Positions 29,010 to 40,032 of a stretch of DNA of 64,000 nucleotides are shown here, in pieces. The notes beneath the pieces were generated by a model. That model was not told where the DNA came from. It did not search any database and saw only the letters and a list, made by a program, of their open reading frames with translations. Positions within the stretch are counted from its first letter, which is position 1, and each line of letters begins with the position of its first letter. Origin of the DNA: an uncultured Chloroflexia bacterium (GTDB lineage Bacteria; Chloroflexota; Limnocylindria; Limnocylindrales; CSP1-4); the NCBI GenBank assembly GCA_963697135.1, contig CAVOMZ010000009.1:14301-78300 (forward strand), written 5' to 3'. A program made the translations under genes and the position numbers.

Positions 29010-30537
29010 GCCCGCTGCTGTTCGTGATCGTGGCGTTCGCCGCCGCGGTCGCCTGCCTGGCGACGGCCGGCCGGCCCGCAATGGCCATCCCGATCGGGAT
29101 CGGCGGGCTGGGCCTGGCGAGCGTTGCGGCCGCCCTGATCGAGCCCGGGGCGGCGGTCCACCTCGCCGGCTCGGACCTCCTGGTGGGCACGGCCTACGCC
29201 CGCCTGTTCATCCTGATCGCCAGCCTCGGCGGGCTGCTGACCTGCCTGGTCAGCCTGGCCACATCGTGGCCCGCCGGCTGGGTCGTCCGTCTGCCGGCGG
29301 CCGCCCTGGCCGGGCTCGGCGGGATCGCCCTGGCCCTGTCCGCGCCTGATCCCCTGCTGGCCCTGGTGATCCTGCTTGGCGATCACCGTGGCGATCGCGC
29401 CGGTCGCGCTCGGCGGCCCCGTTTCGCTGCGTGACATCGGCACGGTTGCCGGCAACGTCCGCGTGGTCGGCCCTCGCCGGAGCGTTGGCGATCAGCGCCG
29501 TCGCCTGGGCCAGCCCGGCGACCCGGGACCGGCGCGGATCCCGCCGCGTTCGGCCTGGCCGACCTCGCGATCGTCCTGGCCGTCGCGCTCCGCTTCGGTG
29601 TCGTCCCGTTCCACCGGCCCGTGGCCCGGCTGAGCAGCGCCGCCCCGGGCCCGGCGATCCCGCTCCTGCTCGTGTGGGGCCCGGCCGGGCTGGCCGTCAT
29701 CGCGATCGGGACGACCGATGGATCGCTCAACGCCCTGCTCGTGCCGGGTGGTGTCGGGCAGGCCCTGATCGTCGCCCTCGCCGCAGCGACGCTGGGGCTC
29801 GGAGCGATCGCGGCCTGGCTCCAGGACGATCTCGAGCACGTGGTCGGCTATTCGATCGTCCAGGACGCCGGCTTCGTCCTGCTCGGGCTGGCCGTTGCCG
29901 GGCCGATGCCGGGGCGGCCGCCCGGACCTGGCTCCTGATCCTGGTCGCGGTCAAGACGGCCTTCGCGGCCTGGGCGGCCGTCACCCGATCACGTTTCGGC
30001 AGCGGACGGCTGCCCGAGCTGAGCGGCTGGATCCGGCGATCCCCGCTGATGGCCGCCGGGCTGATCGGAATCGCCCTGGCCACGATCGGACTGCCGGGCC
30101 TGGTTGCCTGGCAGGTCCGCTGGACGCTCGTCGATGGGGCGTCCGACGGCCTGCTCAGCGTCGTCCTGCTGTTGGGCGGCCTGGCTTCGCTCGCCTACTA
30201 CGGCCGGATCCTGTGGATCGGCGACGGGGCGGCTCAGCCCGCGGGTCGCCGACTCGATCGGCGACCGCCCGGTCGGATCGCCGCGCGGTCGAAGCCTGGC
30301 CGAGACCCTCGACCGCGGCGCCGCCGCCAACCGGGGCCAGATCGCGACCGGCCTCGTCCTCGTGCTGGTCCTCCTCAGCGTGCTCGTCGCGGCCGGCGGC
30401 CTGGGCGGGCCCGACGCGGCCCGGGCTGCCAGAGCGCCGCGGCGCCCCCGGCCAGTCCGACGGTCGGCCCGTCAGCCGGCCCGTCCGGCGGCCCTTGGCT
30501 GGCCCGTCGGAGGCCCGCCCGGCGAGCCGTCGCCTAG
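29006..30537 (+). CDS. NuoN/NuoL/Mrp-antiporter-like (proton-conducting membrane subunit family) protein; several frame changes
   Basis: LQDDLEHVVGYSIVQDAGFVLLGLAV (ORF 29621..29938) resembles the ...LAYSSI.H.G..L.GL block of complex I subunit N. SGWIRRSPLMAAGLIGIALATIGLPGLVAW lies in ORF 29431..30537. Confidence 0.6.
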
Positions 30538-30995
30538 TCGGCCGGGGCGGCGACCCAGCGATCGATCTCGCGCTCGTACGACACGAGCTCCTCGGGCCGG
30601 AACCACAGGGCGAGCTCGGTTTGCGCCGTCTCGGGCCCGTCCGAGGCATGGACGATGTTCTGGGCGACCTCCAGGGCGAAGTCGCCCCGGACCGTGCCCG
30701 GAGCGGCCTCCCAGGGCCGGGTCGCACCGTTCATCGCCCGCACGACGGCGATCGCATTGGGGCCATCGAAGGCGAGCGCCACGAGCGGCCCCGAGGTGAT
30801 GAACTCGACCAGGCCGGCGAAGAACGGCTTGTCCCGATGGACGGCGTAGTGGCGCTCGGCCAGGTTGCGATCGACGTGGACCAGCTTCAGGCCGATCAGC
30901 TTCAGCCCGCGCTCCTCGTAGCGGGCGAGGATCCGCCCGACGAGGAGGCGCTGGACGCCATCCGGCTTGATCAGGACGAGGGTTCGTTCGGTCAC
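30534..30995 (-). CDS. ndk: nucleoside-diphosphate kinase
   Basis: The sequence is VTERTLVLIKPDGVQR...NIVHASDGPETA (ORF 30534..31007). I prefer the second GTG, at 30995, which follows AAGGTGA. Confidence 0.9.
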   Translation of the reverse strand: MTERTLVLIKPDGVQRLLVGRILARYEERGLKLIGLKLVHVDRNLAERHYAVHRDKPFFAGLVEFITSGPLVALAFDGPNAIAVVRAMNGATRPWEAAPGTVRGDFALEVAQNIVHASDGPETAQTELALWFRPEELVSYEREIDRWVAAPAD

Positions 30996-31099
30996 TGCTG
31001 AGATCACCTTGCTGCTGGGCGGGCGCGAATTGGACGGTTGAGCCGCCGAACAATACCGCAGCCGGGTCGATGGATCACGGGCACGGCAGGCTGCGCGTC

Positions 31100-32188
31100 A
31101 CGGCGGCGACCCGCCATCGAGCAGGCGGCTGCCCAGGCGTAGGCCTGCCGGGCCTCGCCTCATGGCCGGACAGGCGCAGGGCATCGCCCCGGACGAGCTC
31201 GATCGATGGCCCGCTGATCCCCGACAGCACCTCGAGGACGGCGGGCGCCTGGTCCGGGGCAAGGCGGAGGACGACGGCCAGGCGGATGGCGGCGGCGCGG
31301 ACCCGGTCGCGGCGAGGTCGGCGCGGGCGGCATCGAGCTCGTCGGCCGGCTCGGGCAGGCCGGCCGCCGAGGCCGCCGCCAGCCTGGCCCAGGCCAGCGG
31401 CATGGTCTCGGCATCGGACCAGAGGGTCGGGCTCAGCGCCGCACCGATCGTGGCCGCTCCGGCCGCTGCCGCTCGTGGGCCCGGCCGGGCGCCGGCGACC
31501 GGGATCGGTGGCCGACGGATGGCGCGGACCCGACCTCTTCGGCGGCGGCCAGCCGGCCCAGGACGGCGGCCCCGGTGACCCCGGCCGTGCCGGCGGTCGA
31601 ACCGGGCGGCGGGCCGCCGAACAGGGTCCCGGCCGGCTCGCCGGTCATCGCGCCCGCGGCCGGCCAGTAGGAGCTCGGCCGGATCCCCAGGAAGATCGAG
31701 TCGAGCGGCACGTCGCCCCGGGCGAGGGCTCGGGTCGCCAGCCGGCGGGCCTCGGTCGAGCGCCCGAGCGAGGCCGTCGCCTCGGTCGCGATCACCAGGG
31801 CGAGGGTGTCCTCGCGACCGGTCGCGAAATAGGCCGCGGCCGCCTCGCCGGCGCCGGTCACGTCGTCGGTCCGCCAGCGGACCTCGGCCAGGTCGAGGAG
31901 CGCCGCGTCGTCGAGCTCGCCCCGTCCGGCGCTCGTCTCGAGCTCGGCCCGGGCGAGGGCCAGGAGCCCGGTCCGGAGGTGGATCGAGGCGAGCCGCAGC
32001 TCGAGCGGCCGCTCGGACGGCGGCCGGCAGTGGCGGCGGCGGGACTCCAGCCGCTTCGGGGAGCTCGGCGAGCTCGGAAGACGCTTCGGGCTCCGGCAGC
32101 TCCTCGGAATCCACCGGGTCCAGGCCCCGGGCGGCTCGTCGCCGGCCGTCGAGGCGGGGCCCAGCCGGTCGGTGCTCCGCCGGGTCAT
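31100..32188 (-). CDS. hypothetical Ala/Arg-rich helical (TPR-like?) protein; frame changes; boundaries approximate
   Basis: ORF 31433..32188 reads LRLASIHLRTGLLALARAELETSAGRGELDDAALLDLAEVRW...TEARRLATRALARGD. I cannot name a family. Confidence 0.4.
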
Positions 32189-32263
32189 CCGCGGCGGCGA
32201 GTCTCGGGCCCGGAGACCTCGTCGTCGGGTCCCGGCCTGGTCTCCTCCTCGCGGGCCATCGGC

Positions 32264-33536
32264 TCAGGCGCCCAGGCGCAGGGCCCGCTCGAGGTGCTGC
32301 GCCGTGGCGCGGCGGCGCGACGACCGCCATCCGCAGGCGCTCGTCGCGGAACAGGTCGCCGGCAACCCGCTGGACATCGTCGGGGCGTGACCGCCTCGAT
32401 CGCCGCGAGCGCCTCCTCGAGGGTCAGGACGCGATCGTGGAGCGCCTCCTGGCCGCCCAGCCAGGACGCGACGTGGCGCGAATCGTCCATCCGCAGCTCG
32501 AGGCCGCCCGACAGGTAGGCCTTGGCGCGGGCCAGCTCGTCGGCCGGCACCAGCTCGTCGCGCAGGCGCTCGAGCTCGGCCAGGATCGCCTCGAGGGCCG
32601 CCTCGAGGCCCTTCGGGTCGACGCCGGCGTAGATCGCCAGCGAGCCGGCGTCGGCGTATTCGGTCACCCCGGAGCCGACGTCGTAGGCCAGCCCGCGCTC
32701 CTCGCGGACCGACAGGAAGAGACGGCTGCTCATCCCGTCGCCGAGCACGCCGTTGAGGACCGCCAGCGGCCACGCGTCGGGGTGGTCGCGCCGGTAGGCC
32801 GGGACGGCGATCGCGAGCTGGGCCTGGCTCGTGTCGCGATGGCCGAGCAGGTAGCGCTCGCCGGCCGGCAGGCCGGGAGCCGGGCTGAACGCCGTCCGGG
32901 CCCCGTCACCCTCGCCGAAGATCGGGCCGGCGAGGTCGACCGCCGCCTCGTGGTCGAGGTCGCCGGCGACCGCCACGACGATGTTCGTCGGGCGGTAGGT
33001 CGACGACCAGAAGTCGCGGATCGTCTGCTCGGGCAGGGTCCGGATGTCGGCCTCCTCGCCGCAGATCTCGCGGCCCATCGGCCCGTTTCCGAAGAGCGCC
33101 TGCTGGAGCAGGATCTGGGCGTATTCGGACGGGTCGTCGAGATAGGAGCGGATCTCCTCGATGATCACCGTCCGCTCGTGGTCGATCTCGGCATCCTCGA
33201 GCTTCGGCCGGACGATCAGCTCGCCCAGGACGTCCACGCCGCGGGCGCGCCTCGCGGGCCGGCACGCGGACCCAGTAGACGGTCGACTCGCGCTCGGTCG
33301 CCGCGTTGAACGAGCCCGCCCACGCCCTCGATCGCCTCGGAGATCGCCCGGGTCGTCGGATAGGCGGCCGTGCCCTTGAACGTGATGTGCTCCATGAAGT
33401 GGGCCACCCCGGCCTGGCCGGCCGCCTCGTGGCGGGAGCCGGCCAGGACGTACGCGGCGACCGAGACGGAGCGCGAGCCGGGGACGCGGGCGCTGATCAC
33501 GCGCGGCCCGTCGGGCAGCGCGGTGCATTCGAACAT
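32264..33536 (-). CDS. M16-family zinc peptidase (pitrilysin-like); about 3 frame changes
   Basis: MFECTALPDG...AGVAHFMEHITFKG (HxxEH) lies in ORF 33216..34025's alternate frame. RTVIIEEIRSYLDDP...SRLFLSVREERGLAYDV lies in ORF 32185..34104. The stop is that of ORF 32264..32773. Confidence 0.85.
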
Positions 33537-33595
33537 CCCGGGGATCGTACTTGATCGGCGCCTGGCGGCCGCAGGCGGGTCCCCTGGAGAACGCC

Positions 33596-34025
33596 CTACG
33601 ACTCGTCGCGCTCCAGGCCGAGCAGCTCCATCTGGACGAAGCCGCTCGTGTCGAACTCGAGCTGGCGCGGCGCAAACGGCGACGGGCCCGCGCCGGTCGA
33701 TCGGGGCGAACTCGATCACGACCCGCTCGTCGCCCTGGACCAGGCTGTACACGATCAGCTGATCGGGTCGGGTCTCGAACTCGAGATGCTCGAACGAGTC
33801 GATGTTCAGGCAGATCGCCAGCGGGGTGAAGTAGGTCGAGACCTCCGGCTGGTCCATCACGATCCGCTCGACCCAGCCGGTGCCGTGGGCGACCAGCTCC
33901 TGGCCGCGCAGGAAGCGGTAGGTGACGGTCTGCTTGAGGAGCGGACGGAGCAGGTTCGAGAGGTCGGTCCGGCTCGACACGATGCCGCGATTGACGAAGA
34001 ACTTCGCGGGCGGCACGGACGACAC
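33596..34025 (-). CDS. hypothetical protein (about 142 aa); 1 frame change
   Basis: The N-terminus MSSVPPAKFFVNRGIVSS...YFTPLAICLNIDSFEHLEFE is in ORF 33216..34025. The hand-read tail QLEFDTSGFVQMELLGLERDES runs to TAG (rc of 33596-33598). Confidence 0.55.
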
Positions 34026-34114
34026 GGCGGGCTCCTGCGGGGCCGGGTCCGGATGGGTGCCGGGCCGGAATCGTACTCCTGCCGGATGTCGGCCGGTGGG
34101 CCATCTGCGCCGCG

Positions 34115-34120
34115 TATCAT
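34115..34120 (+). promoter_or_regulatory. -10 box TATCAT 6 nt before the coaX ATG (leaderless)
   Basis: The sequence is gcgTATCATcgggcgATG, with no Shine-Dalgarno. Confidence 0.4.
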
Positions 34121-34126
34121 CGGGCG

Positions 34127-34933
34127 ATGCTCCTGGCGATCGACATCGGCAACTCGAACATCACGACCGGCCTGTTCCAGAACGGCCTGCTCGTCGCGAC
34201 CCGCCGGGCGGCGACCAACCGGCGAGCACGCCCGACGAGCTCGAGCTCCTGATCGAGGGCCTCCTCGGGCTGGATACGCTGGAGCTGCGCGGGGTCGCCT
34301 CGATCGCCTGCGCCTCGGTCGTGCCCAGCCTGACCGCCGCCCTGGAGTCGGTCGCCGTGCGCCGCGACCTGGGCCTGGTCCTCGCCACGGCGGGCCACGT
34401 GCCGCTGCCGATCCGGGTCGAGCGGCCCGACGAGGTCGGCGCCGACCGGCTGGTGAACGCGCTGGCCGCCGGCCGCCTGTACGGCACCCCGGCCGTCGTC
34501 GTCGACCTGGGGACCGCGTCGACCTTCGACGCGGTGGCGGCCGACGGGGCATTCGTGGGCGGGGCGATCGCCCCCGGCCTCGAGGTCGGGCTCGATGCGC
34601 TCGCGGCCCGCACGGCCAAGCTGCCCCGGATCGAGCTGCGCAAGCCCGACCGGGCGATCGCCCGGGACACCGTCGGGGCGCTCCAGGCCGGGGCGATCCT
34701 CGGCTACCAGGCGCTGGTCAGCGGCCTGCTCGGCCGGGTCCGCCGGGAGCTGGCCGACACGGCCGGGATCGACCCGGGCCGTGATCACGATCCTGACCGG
34801 CGGCCTGGCCCGGCCGCCGTGGGTCGCGGGGATCGAGGGGATCGGCACGATCGATCCGGACCTGACCCTCAAGGGCCTCTCGATCCTGCATGCCGAGGTC
34901 GACCGGCGGCGAGCCGATCGAGGCCGGCCTCGG
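34127..34933 (+). CDS. coaX: type III pantothenate kinase; about 2 frame changes; no stop before coaBC
   Basis: MLLAIDIGNSNITTGLF was hand-read from ATG 34127. VVDLGTASTFD...GGAIAPGL is in ORF 33922..35154. ILTGGLA...LTLKGLSIL is in ORF 34595..36304. Confidence 0.85.
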
Positions 34934-36304
34934 ATGAGCGCGGCGCGACGAGGGACGCGGCCGAGGGCGCGCCTGCAGGTCTTCATCGCGCTCGGGATCA
35001 CCGGCTCGATCGCGGCCTACAAGTCGGTCGAGCTGCTGCGCCTGCTCCAGGCCGAGGGAGCCGAGGTCCAGGTCCTGCTGACCGCCGGCCGCCCGCTTCG
35101 TCGCGCCCCTGGCCCTCGAGGCGCTCAGCGGCCGGCCGGTCGAGAGCGACGTGATGGCCCTCCTGGCCGACGGCCGGATCGGCCACATCGTGATCGCCGA
35201 CAGCGCCGACGCGATCGTCGTGGCGCCGGCCACCGCCCACTGGCTGGGCGCGATGGCCAACGGCCTGGCGGCGGACGTCGTGACGGCCGCCTGCCTGGCG
35301 ACCAGCGCGCCGGTCGTCGTCGCCCCGGCGATGGACGGCGAGATGTATGCCCATCCGGCCACCCGGGCCAACATGGCCCGGCTGCGCGACGCTTCGGCTA
35401 CGCGATCGTCGAGCCGGAGACCGGGCCGCTGGCCTCGGGCCAGGAGGGCGTCGGCCGGCTGGCCGAGCTGGGCGAGATCGTCGACGCGGTGGTCGCCGCG
35501 CTCGGCCGGCCGGCCGGTTCGGGCTCCGGACGCGAGAGCGACCGGCCGCCGATCCTGGCCGGCCGACCGGGCGGCCGATCTCGAGGGCCGCCACATGATC
35601 GTGACCGCCGGCGGCACCCGCGAGGCGATCGATCCGGTGCGCTTCATCGGCAATCGCTCGAGCGGCCGGATGGGCGTGGCGATCGCCCAGGCCGCCCTCG
35701 ATCGGGGCGCCCGGGTCAGCCTGATCGCGGCAGCATCGAGGTCGCCCTGCCCGAGGCCGCCGAGATCAGCCGGGTCGAGAGCACGGCCGAGCTCGAGCGA
35801 GCCATGGCCGGACTGCTTCGGCCGGGGCGCGAGCAACGGGCGCCCTTCGACGCCCTGATCATGGCCGCGGCGGTCGCCGACTTCCGGCCACCCAGCTCGG
35901 CCCGGACGAAGCTCTCCCGAGGAGCCGGACTGAGCCTCGAGCTCGAGCCGACGCCCGACCTGCTGGCGGCGCCGTGGCGGCCAGCCGCGACCTGCCGGCC
36001 GCGCCCGGTCATCGTCGGCTTCGCCGCCGAGACGGGCTCGCTCGAGCGGGCCCTCGAGAAGCTCCTGCGCAAGGGCGTCGACCTGCTCGTGGCCAACGAC
36101 GTGAGCGAGCCGGGCTCGGGCTTTGGGACCGAGACCAACCGGGTGACGGTCCTGGCCGCCGACGGGCCGGCCGAGGCCTGGCCGCTGCTCACGAAGCGCG
36201 AGGTCGCCGACCGGCTGCTCGACCGGCTGGCCGCCCGGCTGGACGCCCGCGACGCTGCCGCGCAGACTGGACCGAGCGAGATCGCACAGGAGTCCCGAAC
36301 GTGA
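34934..36304 (+). CDS. coaBC: bifunctional phosphopantothenoylcysteine decarboxylase / phosphopantothenate-cysteine ligase; about 5 frame changes
   Basis: Pieces are [37 protein letters not shown] (ORF 35151..35858), [26 protein letters not shown] and [16 protein letters not shown] (ORF 34595..36304). Confidence 0.9.
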   Translation: MSAARRGTRPRARLQVFIALGITGSIAAYKSVELLRLLQAEGAEVQVLLTAGRPLRRAPGPRGAQRPAGRERRDGPPGRRPDRPHRDRRQRRRDRRGAGHRPLAGRDGQRPGGGRRDGRLPGDQRAGRRRPGDGRRDVCPSGHPGQHGPAARRFGYAIVEPETGPLASGQEGVGRLAELGEIVDAVVAALGRPAGSGSGRESDRPPILAGRPGGRSRGPPHDRDRRRHPRGDRSGALHRQSLERPDGRGDRPGRPRSGRPGQPDRGSIEVALPEAAEISRVESTAELERAMAGLLRPGREQRAPFDALIMAAAVADFRPPSSARTKLSRGAGLSLELEPTPDLLAAPWRPAATCRPRPVIVGFAAETGSLERALEKLLRKGVDLLVANDVSEPGSGFGTETNRVTVLAADGPAEAWPLLTKREVADRLLDRLAARLDARDAAAQTGPSEIAQESRT

Positions 36305-37256
36305 GCAGCGGCCCCAAGCCCAACCCCAACCCGGCCCCTCGTCCGGCCAAGCCTGCCAGCCGGTTCGCCGCCTGACCGTCAGCGACATCGCCCGGCTGCA
36401 CGCCGACGGCCGGCGGATCGCGATGATGACCGTCTATGACTACCCGATCGCCCGGCTGCTCGACGAGGCCGGCATGCCGCTCCTGCTCGTGGGCGACTCG
36501 CTCGGCCGGGCGGTCCTCGGCTACGAGAACGAGATCCCGGTCTCGATGGACGACATGCTCCACCACGCGAAGGCCGTGGCCCGCGGTGCCCGGACGGCCC
36601 TGATCGTCGGTGACATGCCGTTCCTGTCCTATGCCACGATCGAGCAGGCGGTCCACAACGCCGGCCGGTTCCTGGCCGAGGCCGGGGTCCAGGCGGTCAA
36701 GGTCGAGGGTGGCCGGCGGAGCTCCCGGACGATCGAGGCGATCACGAAGGCGGGGATCCCGGTCATGGGCCACATCGGCCTGACCCCCCAGTCGATCAAC
36801 CAGATCGGCAAGCTCCGGGTCCAGGGCAAGACCCGCGAGGCGGCCCGGGAGCTGCTGGCCGATGCCCTGGCCGTCCAGGAGGCGGGCGCCTTCGCGATCG
36901 TCCTCGAGCTCGTCCCGGAGCAGCTCGCGGCGGCGATCACCGACCGGCTCCGGATCCCCACGATCGGGATCGGCGCGGGCGCCGGCTGCAGCGGCCAGGT
37001 CCAGGTCCTGACCGACCTGCTCGGCTACGAGGAGTGGCATCCCCGCCACGCCCGGCTCTACGCGAACCTGCGCGAGATGATCCTCGGGGCGGCCGCGGCC
37101 TACCGGGCAGATGTCGAGTCGGGTGCCTTCCCGGGTCCGGCCGAGACGGTCCGGATGGATGACGACGTGATCGACGGGATCCTCGGCCACTCGGAGCTCG
37201 ACCGGCCGGCCCGTTCGGTCCCGGCCGGCGGGATCCCGCTCGACCGCGACCTGTAG
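36301..37256 (+). CDS. panB: 3-methyl-2-oxobutanoate hydroxymethyltransferase; 1 frame change near the 5' end
   Basis: ORF 36423..37256 contains MMTVYDYPIARLLDEAG...LVGDSLG...GHIGLTPQS...IGIGAG. GTG 36301 overlaps the coaBC stop. Confidence 0.9.
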
Positions 37257-37264
37257 CCCGGGGC

Positions 37265-38101
37265 GTGACCCAGGTCCTGCGCAGCAGGGCCGAGCTGCGA
37301 TCGGCCCTCGCCGGCCGGCCTCGGCCGGTCGGCCTGGTGCCCACGATGGGCTGGCTCCACGACGGCCATCGCTCGCTCATCCGGCGGGCCCGCGCGGACA
37401 ACCCGACGGTCGTGGCCTCGATCTTCGTCAACCCCCGCCAGTTCAACCGGGCCGACGACTTCACGAAGTACCCCCGCAACGAGGCCCGCGACGTCGCGAT
37501 CTGCGCCGACGAGGGGGTCGACCTCGTCTGGGCGCCGACGGTCGACGAGGTCTACGTGCCGGGCTTCGATACGACGGTCTCGGTCGGGGCGATCGCCGAG
37601 CCGCTCGAGGGCCGGGCCAGGCCGGGCCACTTCGAGGGAGTGGCCACGGTCGTGGCGATCCTCTTCGGCCTGGTCGGGGCGGAACACGCCTACTTCGGCC
37701 AGAAGGACGCCCAGCAGGTGATGGTGATCCGGCGGATGGCCCGCGACCTGGCCCTGCCGACCGAGGTCATCGCCTGCCCGACCGTCCGGGAGCCCGACGG
37801 CCTGGCCCTGTCGTCGCGCAACGTCCACCTGGGGCCCGCCGAACGGGCAGCCGCGCCGGTCCTCCACCGGGCGCTCGAGGCGGCCGCCGACCGCTGGCGA
37901 GCCGGCGAGCGATCGGCCGACGCGCTGCGCCGGGCCATGCTCGCGGTCCTGGCCGGCGAACCGCTGGCCGAGGTGGACTACGTCTCGGTGGCCGACGCCC
38001 TGAGCCTGGCCGAGCTCGACCGGCTGGACGGCCCGATCCTGCTCTCGCTCGCCGTCCGCTTCGGCTCGACCCGCCTGATCGACAACGAGCTGTTGGACTA
38101 A
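37265..38101 (+). CDS. panC: pantoate-beta-alanine ligase
   Basis: ORF 37265..38101 is uninterrupted and contains VPTMGWLHDGHRSLI, FVNPRQF and FGQKDAQQ. Confidence 0.95.
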   Translation: MTQVLRSRAELRSALAGRPRPVGLVPTMGWLHDGHRSLIRRARADNPTVVASIFVNPRQFNRADDFTKYPRNEARDVAICADEGVDLVWAPTVDEVYVPGFDTTVSVGAIAEPLEGRARPGHFEGVATVVAILFGLVGAEHAYFGQKDAQQVMVIRRMARDLALPTEVIACPTVREPDGLALSSRNVHLGPAERAAAPVLHRALEAAADRWRAGERSADALRRAMLAVLAGEPLAEVDYVSVADALSLAELDRLDGPILLSLAVRFGSTRLIDNELLD

Positions 38102-38175
38102 GCCGAGCCGCCCAGCTCAGATCGGGCCTGGGGTGCCGGTCTCCGGCGCCGATCCCGTTGGACGGTGCCCGGCTC

Positions 38176-39306
38176 CTAAACCGGCACGGGACTCGCCGCC
38201 TCGAGCACCCGGTCGATCTTCAGGTGCTCCCAGACGAGCTCCTTGATCATCTCGATCTTGCCCGCGTCGGCCGAATGGGTCTTGACCAGCAGGTCATGGA
38301 CCTCGGAGGCCACGACGTACGTGTCCTCGGGCACGATCGTGGCGAACAGGTCGGCCCGGCGGATCGCCTCGAGGATGGCCGGGCGCGGCCGGTAGCCGCC
38401 GGTCAGGACGAGCCCCACGGCCGCGCCAGGGCCTGCTCGAGAGGCCGCTCCACCGGTCGAGCGGGTGCCGGTGAGGTGGGCCGTGGTCAGGGTCAGGATC
38501 ACGTCCTCGCGGTCGCCGGGCACGATGACCAGGGTGTCCGGCTTGACCCGCTCGAGCATGTGGGCCGGCTCCATCGCCCCGATCGCGACTCCGCCGATCA
38601 CCCGGTCGAGGTCCGGGCCGGGATGGACCGTCTCGCCGGGGACCCCCTCGAGGATCATCGCCAGGGTCGGGTTCGACAGGATCGGCCGGTAGGGCAGGAC
38701 GCCCAGGAGCGGAATCCCGTGGAGGGCCAGGCCCCGCTCGAGGGTTCGGACGATCCCCGGCTGGGCGTCGAGGTCGACCTTGTTGACGATCGCCCCGGCC
38801 ACCCGGACGCCCTGGCTGGCGAAGTGCGACGCGTTCAGGACGATCTCGTCGATCGGACGGCCAACCCCGCCCTCCGAGACGATGATCGCCGGCGCCCCGA
38901 GCATCGCCGCGACCGTCGCGTTCGACAGGCCGATCACCGCGCCCACTCCGGCATGGCCGGTGCCCTCGATCAGCAGGATCTCGCCGCTCCGGCTGACCGC
39001 CCGGTGGGCCTGCCGGATCCGGGCCCCGAGGTCCTCCACGATGTCGCCGTTGATGTACGACTTGGTGAACCCGCGGGGGATGTGGACCGGGCTCATCACG
39101 GTCATCGGGTCGGTCAGCCCGAACACGTTCCGGACGAGGATCGCGTCCTCGTCGGCCGGGGTGCCCTCCTCGATCACCGTGCGCTGGCCGACCGGCTTCA
39201 TGAACCGGGTCTCGAGCCCGCGCCGCAGGAACCCGTCGAGCAGGCCGATGCTGGTGGTGGTCTTGCCCCGGTTCTGGCCGGTGGCGGCGAGGTAGACCTG
39301 GCGCAC
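38176..39306 (-). CDS. BioD/CobQ-like P-loop plus DRTGG domain protein (resembles the N-terminal half of long phosphotransacetylases)
   Basis: ORF 38176..39306 is uninterrupted. It contains YLAATGQNRGKTTTSIGL, LLIEGTGHAGVG and LVIVPGDREDVILT...LVLTGG (DRTGG-like). Confidence 0.8.
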   Translation of the reverse strand: MRQVYLAATGQNRGKTTTSIGLLDGFLRRGLETRFMKPVGQRTVIEEGTPADEDAILVRNVFGLTDPMTVMSPVHIPRGFTKSYINGDIVEDLGARIRQAHRAVSRSGEILLIEGTGHAGVGAVIGLSNATVAAMLGAPAIIVSEGGVGRPIDEIVLNASHFASQGVRVAGAIVNKVDLDAQPGIVRTLERGLALHGIPLLGVLPYRPILSNPTLAMILEGVPGETVHPGPDLDRVIGGVAIGAMEPAHMLERVKPDTLVIVPGDREDVILTLTTAHLTGTRSTGGAASRAGPGAAVGLVLTGGYRPRPAILEAIRRADLFATIVPEDTYVVASEVHDLLVKTHSADAGKIEMIKELVWEHLKIDRVLEAASPVPV

Positions 39307-39316
39307 CGGGCCGGGC

Positions 39317-39922
39317 CTAGCTGCGGGTCGTGGTCCGGCGATCCACCATCGCCACGGCGTCCTTGAGCCGGGTGATCGTCTCGGCGTCGACGGCGTCGGT
39401 CTCGAGGTACGGGCCGAGGCGTTCCATGATGTCCGCGACGAGGCCCAGGAAGACGCTCGCGTCGGCCACGAAGAACTGCGGCTCGTTGTTGTAGCGGACC
39501 ATCGTCAGGCGGCCCTGGAGGACCCGGCGATCCTCGACGTGGGCGATCTGGGTGGCGAAGTTGTGGCCCTGGATCCCGTCCGGGTTGTTGAGGAAGTTCA
39601 GGGCGTTGTCGATGGCCAGCCCGAAGCGGGCCCGCCAGGCGACGAGGCGCTCGTGGACCTCCGATGGGATGTGGACGTCGGCGACCTCCTCGAACACCTC
39701 GGGAGCCACGGTCAGCAGCCCGACCAGGGTCGTGCCGGCCCGCGGGCCGAGCATGACCTGGAGGCTCCGCTCGAGGGTGAACACCTCGGAATCGAAGCGC
39801 GGACTGGTGATCACGTCGGTCAGCAGGTCCTCGACGTTATCGAGGATGCCCGGCTCGGCGACGGAGTTCGCCAGGTGGAGGATCTCCTCCTTGAACAGGA
39901 ACTTCTCTTCGTGGTCCAGCAT
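39317..39922 (-). CDS. hypothetical protein (about 201 aa), first gene of a two-gene unit with the DRTGG protein
   Basis: ORF 39317..39949. I prefer ATG 39922 (MLDHEEKFLFKEEIL) because TGcTACCAT (rc of 39930-39938) sits 7 nt upstream. Confidence 0.65.
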   Translation of the reverse strand: MLDHEEKFLFKEEILHLANSVAEPGILDNVEDLLTDVITSPRFDSEVFTLERSLQVMLGPRAGTTLVGLLTVAPEVFEEVADVHIPSEVHERLVAWRARFGLAIDNALNFLNNPDGIQGHNFATQIAHVEDRRVLQGRLTMVRYNNEPQFFVADASVFLGLVADIMERLGPYLETDAVDAETITRLKDAVAMVDRRTTTRS

Positions 39923-39929
39923 GGCCCGG

Positions 39930-39935
39930 ATGGTA
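39930..39935 (-). promoter_or_regulatory. extended -10 box TGcTACCAT 7 nt before ATG 39922 (leaderless)
   Basis: The minus strand reads ggTGCTACCATccgggccATG. Confidence 0.4.
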
Positions 39936-40032
39936 GCACCGGGCAGCACCGGTTCCGGGCCGCCCGGCGAGGGGCGAGCGAGGTTCCGGTGCCGCCTGGC
40001 GACGGCTCAGTCGAGCGGCTGGGGAGCGAGTC

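Noticed and set aside
38102-38175. A rho-independent terminator between the convergent panC and DRTGG genes.
   Set aside because: Only imperfect GC-rich inverted repeats (ggtgccgg/ccggcgcc) are present and there is no U-tract, so it is not convincing.
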